In this document: one piece after another, positions 42,641 through 49,907 of the stretch | Numbering within the stretch: position 1 is the stretch's first letter | How the letters are laid out: each line of letters begins with the position of its first letter | Notes under the pieces: model-generated | What the model was told of the DNA's origin: nothing | The model's input: the letters and a program-made list of their open reading frames with translations, nothing else | Databases searched by the model: none | Program-made: the position numbers and the translations under genes | Source: Clostridiales bacterium | Lineage (GTDB): Bacteria > Bacillota > Clostridia > Oscillospirales > Acutalibacteraceae | Direction of reading: 5' to 3' | Length of the DNA stretch: 57,196 bases | NCBI GenBank assembly: GCA_024693205.1 | Contig: JAILLJ010000080.1 | Coordinates: 1-57,196 of the forward strand

Positions 42641-44638
42641 TTAGTCCTCCTTGATTGAATAATATTTTGTATTGATTTTTAAAGGGGTAAAGGATCTTCC
42701 TCCGCCCTCATAAAACTTAGAGAAGAATTCAACGTACTGAAGCCTGTTTGTATGTACGTATGTACCTATCAGATTGACGGCTATGTTCACTCCGTGACCG
42801 AGTGGGAAAACGACTATCAGCATTATAAGCTTTACCGCCTTGTTTGAAGGCATCGTGGCGAGCATGTTGATGACCGTCGCTATAACGCCCGTTGAAAGTC
42901 CGAGTGCGAGAAGCCTTGAATAGGAAAGGATGTCGCCGAGATATCCGGCTCCCGTGTTATAAAGCCCGTAAAGACCTCCGAACAGCTTTCCGAAGATGTT
43001 TTTCGAGCTTCTCCCCGACGTCAGAACGACAAGCACGGCTCCCGCGAGCGCGAGATATTTTCCTACCGTCAGCGCTATAGGCGGCATGATCGTCGCATCT
43101 ATCACGTTGGCTCCTATAGGCGCAACGCCCGTAACGAGAAGGTAGACCGGCAAAACGTCGCAGAAGGCGTCAAGCTTCTTTCCGCTCTTCCAGAGCATGT
43201 AGAACCTCACTCCGAGACCTGCGAAAAGATGGATTATACCGAACAGGAACGAATACAGCATCATCCGCATCGGATCGACGACCGGCTCGAACCATAAAGC
43301 GAGGCTCGGGAAGCTCTCTTCCGCAACGCCGAAGAAATTCACCGCGACGACCTTGACTATATCTCCGAACCAGCTTCCGAACATCGCGCCCCAGAATACG
43401 GTCGAGATACCGCAGTAAAGGAACATGTCGGTAGTCTTTTTCATTTTGGCGGTCAATTTAAACTTCGCCTTTGCTATTATCATGGCGATGACCATGAGAA
43501 GTCCGTATCCTGCGTCGGAAAGCATTATTCCGAAAAACACATAGTAGAATATCGCCATCACGGGATTCGGGTCGACGTCGTCTTTGCCGGGCAGCGAATA
43601 CATCTCGGTAACCGACTCGATAGCGCCGCCGAAACGCCTGTTTTTAAGAAGCACGGGTACGTCCTCGTCCTCCTCCGGCTCGTAGATCTCCATCGCCGCC
43701 GTATATTTTTGTTCGACCTGCTTCTTTAATTTTTCACAGTATACCTCGGGGACATATCCGCTCATCGCCATAAGCTTGTCGTCTATCGCGATATTCGACA
43801 ACCCCTTGTATCTGTCTCGCCGTATCGTAAAATAATCGGCGGCGAACTCCGCCTTGCGGTGGAAGTCCTTATATTCGCCGAGCTTTTTCTTGCATTCGTC
43901 CCTGTTTTTTTCCGCTTCCTTGATCTTATCGAGATATTTTCCGTAGCGGACGGACGGGACATGCCTTGTCGGGTCGGGCGGACGGACGAAGCCTATGCTT
44001 CTCAAAGCCGCCTCCGTTTTCTTTTCCTCGTCGTTTGAACAGAGGATGAAGACGCATGTAAGATCGGAGGATGAGCTTATTATATCGGCGGAAACCGTTT
44101 CGATCGAATCGTCCGCGACAGCTATCTCGGAAAGCAGCTGTTCAAGAGTCATCTCCCTCTGGAACGAGCCGATAAAGGCCTTGGTCTTTTCGGTGCCCTT
44201 ATACTGCATCGGAACGTCGAGAGAAAGCCACGGCTTCAGTCCCTCTGCAAGAGTCGTCAGCCTCACTATCTCCGCGCTGTATTCGTCGATCTTTTTTGAA
44301 AGCGACAGGATCTTCATGCACTCGGAAAGCAGCCCGTCGGCGTCGGAGGCTCTTTTTTCGTAATTTTCAACCGACAGCTCCTCGGCTCCGTTCAAAGAGC
44401 GTAACAGCGACTTTTTTTCGGGCGCGTATTTGTCGAGCGTCTTTTGCGTCGCAAGCGTTATCCCGAGATATTTATCGAGCTGCGACACTGTCGCTCCGAC
44501 AGACAGCCTCGACATCCCTTCGACGTCCTCGAATTCGTGAAGCTCAAGCACACCCTTGCGCTGTAAAAAATCGAAGAGGTCCTGACTGTCTTCGATAGAT
44601 GAAACGATCTCGACTCGCTTCATCTTAAGCTTTGCCAT
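42641..44638 (-). CDS. ntpI: V-type ATPase subunit I (a-type stator/ion channel)
   Basis: 665 aa, soluble N-terminal half plus a multi-TM C-terminal half containing the conserved Arg region (LSYSRLLALGLSTGV). Confidence 0.9.
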   Translation of the reverse strand: MAKLKMKRVEIVSSIEDSQDLFDFLQRKGVLELHEFEDVEGMSRLSVGATVSQLDKYLGITLATQKTLDKYAPEKKSLLRSLNGAEELSVENYEKRASDADGLLSECMKILSLSKKIDEYSAEIVRLTTLAEGLKPWLSLDVPMQYKGTEKTKAFIGSFQREMTLEQLLSEIAVADDSIETVSADIISSSSDLTCVFILCSNDEEKKTEAALRSIGFVRPPDPTRHVPSVRYGKYLDKIKEAEKNRDECKKKLGEYKDFHRKAEFAADYFTIRRDRYKGLSNIAIDDKLMAMSGYVPEVYCEKLKKQVEQKYTAAMEIYEPEEDEDVPVLLKNRRFGGAIESVTEMYSLPGKDDVDPNPVMAIFYYVFFGIMLSDAGYGLLMVIAMIIAKAKFKLTAKMKKTTDMFLYCGISTVFWGAMFGSWFGDIVKVVAVNFFGVAEESFPSLALWFEPVVDPMRMMLYSFLFGIIHLFAGLGVRFYMLWKSGKKLDAFCDVLPVYLLVTGVAPIGANVIDATIMPPIALTVGKYLALAGAVLVVLTSGRSSKNIFGKLFGGLYGLYNTGAGYLGDILSYSRLLALGLSTGVIATVINMLATMPSNKAVKLIMLIVVFPLGHGVNIAVNLIGTYVHTNRLQYVEFFSKFYEGGGRSFTPLKINTKYYSIKED

Positions 44639-44690
44639 ACAGTGATCCCTCCTTTTCGGAAAGCTCCGTTTATTTAGGATTTCAGCTTTT

Positions 44691-45011
44691 TCAGTTGATA
44701 AGTATTTGCGCGACGGCTTTTGTTACTTCGCTCTGTTTTTGTTCCGCGTTTTTCTTAAAGCCCATGCCCTTTTCCGCCGCCGACTTTTCCGCGGCGGCCG
44801 CCGCCTCGCGCGCCTTGACGCTCTCGGCTTCGACGATCTCTTTAGCCTTTACGAGCGCCTTATCAACAGCCGCGGCGTCAGCGTCGGCAATACGCTTTTT
44901 TGTCTCAAACAATATTTTTTCGGCTTCCTCTCTCGCCCTGTTGACAGCGTTTTCGGCGCTCTTTTCGGCAGAAAGGACTCTGTTTATCATTTCAGACGCC
45001 ACTGGTGTCAC
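44691..45011 (-). CDS. ntpF: V-type ATPase subunit G/H-like peripheral-stalk protein
   Basis: 106 aa, Ala/Glu/Lys-rich predicted single long helix; first gene of the operon as in E. hirae ntpF. The start codon is uncertain (GTG 45011, or an in-frame GTG/ATG a few codons in). Confidence 0.6.
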   Translation of the reverse strand: MTPVASEMINRVLSAEKSAENAVNRAREEAEKILFETKKRIADADAAAVDKALVKAKEIVEAESVKAREAAAAAEKSAAEKGMGFKKNAEQKQSEVTKAVAQILIN

Positions 45012-45124
45012 CGCCTTTTAATATAATCAACAAATTATAACATACATATTATTTTTTTATATTCTTTTTAGGAAACATAAGACAAAATAATTATAAAATA
45101 CACACAAGCAGATCCAAGTGTCGG

Positions 45125-45159
45125 ATAAAAAAGACCGTGACGCAAAACACGTCACGGCC
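45125..45159 (-). terminator. Rho-independent terminator of the four-paralog operon
   Basis: Minus strand: GGCCGTGACG-TGTTTTG-CGTCACGGTC followed by TTTTTTATCC. Confidence 0.8.
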
Positions 45160-45189
45160 ATGAACAGATCAAATATTAAAATATCGGGA

Positions 45190-46008
45190 TCAGAACAGTC
45201 TGAGGATCGGCGTAAGCCATGTGTCGAGCCATCTGAAGAAGAGCTCCATACGAAGCTTTCTGACCCTCAGGTTTGCGCCGTAGATGCCCATTTCGTCGTT
45301 TTCGACAGGATCGGTCTTCAGTATCTTGTCGTGGATCTTCTGATACGCGGCAAGACGGAGGTTAGCGATCTTTTTGATGAGCTTCATGAGGGGCGTGATC
45401 ATTTTCTGGAAGAATCCGACATTTTTATCGGCGATATAGTCGAGATCGTCAACGTCGTCGACTACGCCGGGGTCGGACTTGGTCTTGTTCCAAAGGCCGT
45501 AGAACGTGATGATCGTCTTACCGCCTTCACCTATCGAATACGAATCCACGACCCAGCCGACGAAGGTGTTTTCCTCGGGGAAGGGTATCGTGAAGTCTAT
45601 CGTAGCTTCGAGAGGAGTGCCGACGTTTACCGTGCTGGTGACGTCAACGACCGTATAATACTGGGTGGGTTCCTTCGTGTTATCGGAGAACGAGGTGTTG
45701 CCCTTGGGGCTGAAAGCGAGCGTATTAACGTCGGTCGCCGTCCAGGTATCGCTCGACTTGACGTCGGCGTCCGGATAATAGATGGCGGTGACGCTAAGAA
45801 GCTGAGAGATATAGATAACGTCTCCGGGTTTTATAACCGTGGCCGCTTCGTTTCCGGCGCTTATCTTATTAAGCGTTGTGAAATCGTCGTCTTCCCATAT
45901 ACGGTAGTTGTAAGGCTGTTCCGTATCCTCGGCGGCAAATCCGGCAACGGTCACAATACCCAAAATCACCGTAAGCGCAAGGAACACAGCTGTCAGTTTC
46001 TTTAACAT
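45190..46008 (-). CDS. Exported protein, paralog 4 of a tandem family (signal peptide, beta-rich core with one B-repeat-like module, long amphipathic C-terminal tail)
   Basis: Signal peptide MLKKLTAVFLALTVILGIVTVAGFA. KPGDVIYI, VTAIYYPDAD and TFVGWVVDSYSIGEGGKTIITFYGLW. The tail runs FFQKMITPLMKLIKKIANL...LFFRWLDTWLTPILRLF. Confidence 0.75.
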   Translation of the reverse strand: MLKKLTAVFLALTVILGIVTVAGFAAEDTEQPYNYRIWEDDDFTTLNKISAGNEAATVIKPGDVIYISQLLSVTAIYYPDADVKSSDTWTATDVNTLAFSPKGNTSFSDNTKEPTQYYTVVDVTSTVNVGTPLEATIDFTIPFPEENTFVGWVVDSYSIGEGGKTIITFYGLWNKTKSDPGVVDDVDDLDYIADKNVGFFQKMITPLMKLIKKIANLRLAAYQKIHDKILKTDPVENDEMGIYGANLRVRKLRMELFFRWLDTWLTPILRLF

Positions 46009-46038
46009 ATCAATTATTCATTCCTTTCACTTTAAAGA

Positions 46039-46740
46039 TTATTTTTTGTCGAATATCTTGAGTACCTTTGCCCACACGCTGAAGATCTTGGGTAAGAAGA
46101 ACAGCAGTGAATTGCCGATAAAATCATAGTACTTCGTGCGGAAGCTTACATATGCCGCGTGGAGCTTTTCTCTCGCCGCTTCTTTTTTGGTCATTTCACG
46201 CGTTGTCCAGATGGCCTCTAAGGTGACGTCGAGAGTCTTTTCGTCGTCGGTGTTGACGGCCGCTACTTTCCAGCCCGTTATCGTCGTATACTGGTAATAA
46301 GTCGTCCTGTTGTAATCGTAGTCGATATTGATCTCGCTGACGTCGGCGCTTTCGCCCTCGCTCGTCTTAAGATCAGACGCAGACTGGAAGCCCTCGTTCG
46401 TCAGCATCAGCATGACCTTGCTGCCCTGTCCGAGAACAGTATAAACGCCCTTTTTATCGCCTGTTGAAAATCCCGAGAGCTGATCTCTGAACTGTGTCAT
46501 CGGATAATCGGGGGCGTAGGTGTTGCCGAATTCGCTCGTTACGTTGGGGATATCGTCCTCGGCTATCGTATATGTAACGACGCACATAGCGGCGTTCTTC
46601 GTCGTCGCTATCGTTCCGCCGACAGGGATCTCCTGTCCGACTTCGACCTGCTGCGGGACCTCTTCCTCAGCCGCCGCCGAAACGGCGAAGCAGCCGAGTA
46701 CAACAAGTGCCGCGAGGAAAACAGATATAATTTTTTTCAT
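46039..46740 (-). CDS. Exported protein, paralog 3 of the tandem family
   Basis: Signal peptide MKKIISVFLAALVVLGCFAVSAAA. CVVTYTIAEDD and TITGWKVAAVNTDDEKTLDVTLEAIW. Tail YYDFIGNSLLFFLPKIFSVWAKVLKIFDKK. Confidence 0.75.
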   Translation of the reverse strand: MKKIISVFLAALVVLGCFAVSAAAEEEVPQQVEVGQEIPVGGTIATTKNAAMCVVTYTIAEDDIPNVTSEFGNTYAPDYPMTQFRDQLSGFSTGDKKGVYTVLGQGSKVMLMLTNEGFQSASDLKTSEGESADVSEINIDYDYNRTTYYQYTTITGWKVAAVNTDDEKTLDVTLEAIWTTREMTKKEAAREKLHAAYVSFRTKYYDFIGNSLLFFLPKIFSVWAKVLKIFDKK

Positions 46741-46812
46741 CAGAAATTATCCTCCTATTTATGCCGGCAGGCGTTTGCCGTGCCGTCTGTTATACTTATT
46801 TCAGCCGCGTCA

Positions 46813-47382
46813 TCAGAACCACATGCCGATCCTGAGGAAGAACTCGCCGATATACTTTAAGAGAAGGTCGACGAAGTGCTTTAAGTATGTGGACTTGAAG
46901 CCTTCCCAGCCCTTTGCCTCCGGGACATCCCAAACGGCGACGACGACTAACTTGTTGTAATTGCTTTCGGAATAGACGTATTTGACCTTCCAGCCCTTGA
47001 ACTCATATTCCTTTTCGCTGACAAAGTCGATCTCTCTGTCGGTCTTGTCGATCGTGTCGGCATATGTGACTGTATCGCCCATGCCCTTTATCGCGTAACC
47101 GCTCGTCTGTTCGAGATCGCAGAAGGTCGTGAAGCCGTTTTCGCTGTAGGCCTTTGCGCCGTCATCGGCGTCGTAGGTGTAGGTGATGATAAGCTGACTG
47201 CTCGCTGTGTCGTCAAGCTCGATAGTATCGCCGGGAACAAAGATAACATCCTTTTTACCCTTGTTAAAAACGGAGACCACTTCGCTCATCTTATAGTTCG
47301 TCGCCTCGGCGGAAACCGCAATGGCGGCAAAGCTGCATATCACAAGAGCAGCTAAAAATACAGATAAAGCCTTTTTGAACAT
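46813..47382 (-). CDS. Exported protein, paralog 2 of the tandem family
   Basis: Signal peptide MFKKALSVFLAALVICSFAAIAVSA. VPGDTIEL, LIITYTYDADD and EFKGWKVKYVYSESNYNKLVVVAVW. Tail GFKSTYLKHFVDLLLKYIGEFFLRIGMWF. Confidence 0.75.
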   Translation of the reverse strand: MFKKALSVFLAALVICSFAAIAVSAEATNYKMSEVVSVFNKGKKDVIFVPGDTIELDDTASSQLIITYTYDADDGAKAYSENGFTTFCDLEQTSGYAIKGMGDTVTYADTIDKTDREIDFVSEKEYEFKGWKVKYVYSESNYNKLVVVAVWDVPEAKGWEGFKSTYLKHFVDLLLKYIGEFFLRIGMWF

Positions 47383-47394
47383 GTTGTTTCCTCC

Positions 47395-48237
47395 TTAGTC
47401 AACGTTTATTTTAAAGAACTTATAAAGAACGCCCGAAAGATAACCGTCCGAAAGGAGCTTGCCGACCGCGTTTGCCGCCGTTGTAACAAGTATCGGAACG
47501 AAGGTTATGTAGTATTTCCAGTTGCTCGTATCATAGGGATTTTTTGAAGAATCAAACATGCTGAAGATCCATTCCATAAATACGATGATATCGGATTTTC
47601 TCTCCGGTCTGCCCGCCTCGGGAACTGTCTCGACCTCTTCCTCGGTAGAGGAAGCGTCTCTCGTCCAATAGGCGTAAAGCTCAAGCGTCGTGCCCGAGCC
47701 GCTGTTTGAAAGGGCTCCGACTGCCCAGCCGAGGAACTCGACGTCGTTTCCGGCGCTGTCCTTGAGGGCGAAATCTATCGGCTTTATTCCCCAGTCATAA
47801 CCCGTTATATCATATGCGGAGATGCCTTCCGATTCATAATCGGCGGAATTGAGCGAGGCAACGGTCGCTTCAAGCTCGACGGATTCCTCCGATTCAAACG
47901 AATAAACGAAGGATTTATACTTGCTCGCGCTCTCTGCAAGCGTTACGTCCTTTCCGAGAGACTCGATATAAGCTTTCCATTTGAGGTTGGTGACCTCGCC
48001 CGCGCCGGTGATGTTGATAGCGTCGGGTTTGTACGTTACGGTAAGCCTTTTGGACTTGTTTTTAAATTTAACTGTATCTCCCGGCTGAAGGATCGTAACG
48101 TCGCCTTCCTCGGTGTCCTTGATCCTGACAATGTCCTGTGACTTATACGTCGTCGACGCGTCGTCGGCATACGATCCGACGGCAAGAGCGCCGAGAGTAA
48201 GCATGACAATGAGCAGAACCGCAATAAGCTTTTTCAT
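47395..48237 (-). CDS. Exported protein, paralog 1 of the tandem family
   Basis: Signal peptide MKKLIAVLLIVMLTLGALAVGSYA (AAGGAGA RBS). QPGDTVKF, LTVTYKPDA and EFLGWAVGALSNSGSGTTLELYAYW. Tail IVFMEWIFSMF...YYITFVPILVTTAANAVGKLL...LYKFFKINVD. Confidence 0.75.
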   Translation of the reverse strand: MKKLIAVLLIVMLTLGALAVGSYADDASTTYKSQDIVRIKDTEEGDVTILQPGDTVKFKNKSKRLTVTYKPDAINITGAGEVTNLKWKAYIESLGKDVTLAESASKYKSFVYSFESEESVELEATVASLNSADYESEGISAYDITGYDWGIKPIDFALKDSAGNDVEFLGWAVGALSNSGSGTTLELYAYWTRDASSTEEEVETVPEAGRPERKSDIIVFMEWIFSMFDSSKNPYDTSNWKYYITFVPILVTTAANAVGKLLSDGYLSGVLYKFFKINVD

Positions 48238-48315
48238 TGTGATTTCTCCTTGACTGTAAATTTACACGGAAGAACCTACAAAAATAATTCAAGCAAAGTT
48301 CCCCAGATACGAATT

Positions 48316-48344
48316 ATTTTAACTCATATCGGCAAATAATGCAA
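48316..48344 (-). promoter_or_regulatory. Putative sigma-A promoter of the four-paralog operon
   Basis: Minus strand: TTGCAT - 17 nt - TAAAAT, about 75 nt upstream of ATG 48237. Confidence 0.55.
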
Positions 48345-48424
48345 TAGAATTTTAATTTTTTTGTTAAGATCGTTTAATATTTCGGCATTTTATACATCCG
48401 TATTTCTTTAAGTTTGTGTAAAAT

Positions 48425-48970
48425 CTACACATTTTGACTTGCTGTTTCGGCAATATCCGATATAGAATACATGACGGAGATAAGATTTCCGAGCGGAGAA
48501 GGCAAAAGCCGCAATATTTCGGGGAGAAACCGAGGCTTTTCTATGTCTATTATTTTGTTTCCCGTATCAAGAGTCAGGCTCTTTTCGTTCTGTATCCCGG
48601 CGACGACGGCCGTCTCCTCGCCCGTCGTCATATGCTCCGTATTTTCTCCCGCGGCGATTATCCCGCACACAGCCGCCGACACGCAAAGGCATATCAGCAT
48701 GACCGCAAGATAAGCACGTCCGATTTTAAAAGCCAATGTTCTTTCCATATATAATGACCGTCCCTTCATGTTTTTATATGTTCTTTGAGCAGCTCCGAAA
48801 GCGCTCTTCCGAGAAGTTTTCCCGATAGCTTTTTCGCCCCGCCCGTCGAGCACCTCTATCCGCGTTATCCTTATCCCGTTTTTTTCTTCCGCCTCGAGTT
48901 TTATCCCCTCGGGCGTCCCGTTTTCAAAGGCTTCGCTGCTTTCAATGGTAAGATCGGTCCTGAAATTCAT
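48425..48970 (-). CDS. Chimeric ORF: the first ~50 codons look like the N-terminus of spore germination protease GPR, fused in frame to an unrelated single-TM sequence (probable gpr remnant)
   Basis: MNFRTDLTIESSEAF...GIKLEAEEKNGIRITRIEVLDGRGEKAIGK matches the GPR N-terminal pattern (xRTDLAVE...GV.V.E....V.I..V.V...GA.A.GK) and is divergent from rpsT as in Bacillus. After IGK the expected G.Y.T.E block and the whole protease core are missing. Internal ATGs at 48769 and 48748 precede a TM segment (AYLAVMLICLCVSAAVCGIIAA). Confidence 0.5.
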   Translation of the reverse strand: MNFRTDLTIESSEAFENGTPEGIKLEAEEKNGIRITRIEVLDGRGEKAIGKTSRKSAFGAAQRTYKNMKGRSLYMERTLAFKIGRAYLAVMLICLCVSAAVCGIIAAGENTEHMTTGEETAVVAGIQNEKSLTLDTGNKIIDIEKPRFLPEILRLLPSPLGNLISVMYSISDIAETASQNV

Positions 48971-49020
48971 AACATTTCTCCTTTGATACCTTTTTAGAGT
49001 AAAAAACTTGTAAAAAGCAC

Positions 49021-49049
49021 TTGCAATTCATTTTTACATATGGTAAACT
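49021..49049 (+). promoter_or_regulatory. Putative sigma-A promoter of rpsT
   Basis: TTGCAA - 17 nt - TAAACT with TGg extended -10. Confidence 0.5.
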
Positions 49050-49062
49050 ATCTATCTGTATA

Positions 49063-49194
49063 GTAGGCGACTGCGAAAGTCCGGAGCGGTACCCCACGCC
49101 GCTCGTTGACCCGCACGTTACTATCGTAATAATTAAGGTATACGGCGTTTGGCGATAACAGCACCATCTCACCCGGGCTTTCGCGATCGCCTAC
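49063..49194 (+). promoter_or_regulatory. Highly structured 5' leader of rpsT (candidate ribosomal-protein S20 autoregulatory leader)
   Basis: A 20-bp closing helix forms between GTAGGCGACTGCGAAAGTCC (49063-49082) and GGGCTTTCGCGATCGCCTAC (49175-49194), with 1 mismatch and 2 G-U pairs. It encloses 92 nt containing at least one internal hairpin (GAGCGG/CCGCTC, 49084-49104). The SD AGGAGG lies 10-15 nt downstream. Confidence 0.45.
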
Positions 49195-49221
49195 CCCAAA
49201 CCTGAAAAGGAGGTGGCATCA

Positions 49222-49476
49222 ATGCCCAATATCAAGTCTGCAAAAAAGCGCGTTCTTGTCAACAAGTCCAAGGCAGCTCGCAACAGGTCCAGAAATTCCG
49301 CCCTTAAAACCGCTATCAAAAAGGCTCATATGGCTGCGGAAACAAATGCGGCGGATAAAGAGGAGCTTATCAAATCAGCGATCAAAAAGGTCGATCAGGC
49401 TCAGGCTAAGGGTCTTATCCATAAGAACAACGCGGCTCATAAGAAGTCCGCTCTTGCCAAGCTCATGAACGACTGA
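49222..49476 (+). CDS. rpsT: 30S ribosomal protein S20
   Basis: MPNIKSAKKRVLVNKSKAARNRS is the canonical S20 N-terminus. ATG 49222 follows AGGAGG; the ORF-track GTG at 49213 overlaps the RBS. Confidence 0.93.
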   Translation: MPNIKSAKKRVLVNKSKAARNRSRNSALKTAIKKAHMAAETNAADKEELIKSAIKKVDQAQAKGLIHKNNAAHKKSALAKLMND

Positions 49477-49508
49477 TGACGCAGTAAATAACAATGGAGG
49501 TTGTCAAT

Positions 49509-49733
49509 ATGTGTAAAGGATTCAAAAAATTTCTCAAGGTCATCGCCACAATAATCGCTATCTGCGGCGCGGCTGCGGCTGTTTATTACGCCGTCAAGAA
49601 GTATCTCGCCCGCAAGGAATGCGAATCGTGCGAGGATTTCGTCCCCTGCGAGTGCTGTGACTGCGAAGAGTGCAACGAAGAAGCAGCCCCCGAAGCAACT
49701 GCTCCCGCGGCAGAGGAAGAAAAAGCGGAATAA
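49509..49733 (+). CDS. Small membrane protein with a Cys-rich acidic tail
   Basis: 74 aa. GGAGG lies 8 nt before ATG 49509. One TM (VIATIIAICGAAAAVYYAV) then CESCEDFVPCECCDCEEC (8 Cys in 18 aa) and an acidic Ala/Pro/Glu tail. It is followed by a terminator. Confidence 0.55.
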   Translation: MCKGFKKFLKVIATIIAICGAAAAVYYAVKKYLARKECESCEDFVPCECCDCEECNEEAAPEATAPAAEEEKAE

Positions 49734-49755
49734 TCCATTTCATTATCCCTCATGA

Positions 49756-49795
49756 AAGACCGTTCCGAAAGAGCGGTCTTTTTTCTTTTTGTTTT
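49756..49795. terminator. Hairpin terminator between convergent genes (small protein on + and nagA on -)
   Basis: AAGACCGTTC-CGAAA-GAGCGGTCTT followed by TTTTTCTTTTTGTTTTT on the plus strand. Confidence 0.7.
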
Positions 49796-49907
49796 TCTTT
49801 CGCCGCCGACAAAAAACGCCTTTAATAAATCAAAAACAATATCCATATAAACACCTTATCAAATGTATTATACGGATATTGTTTGTTTCTTATCGTAAAA
49901 TATTCGG

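Noticed and set aside
45118-46005. 295-aa plus-strand ORF
   Set aside because: It is antisense to paralog 4 (45190-46008, minus strand), which has a signal peptide, an RBS and family motifs. The plus-strand product is Arg/Asp/Val-rich shadow sequence, and its 5' end spans the operon terminator.
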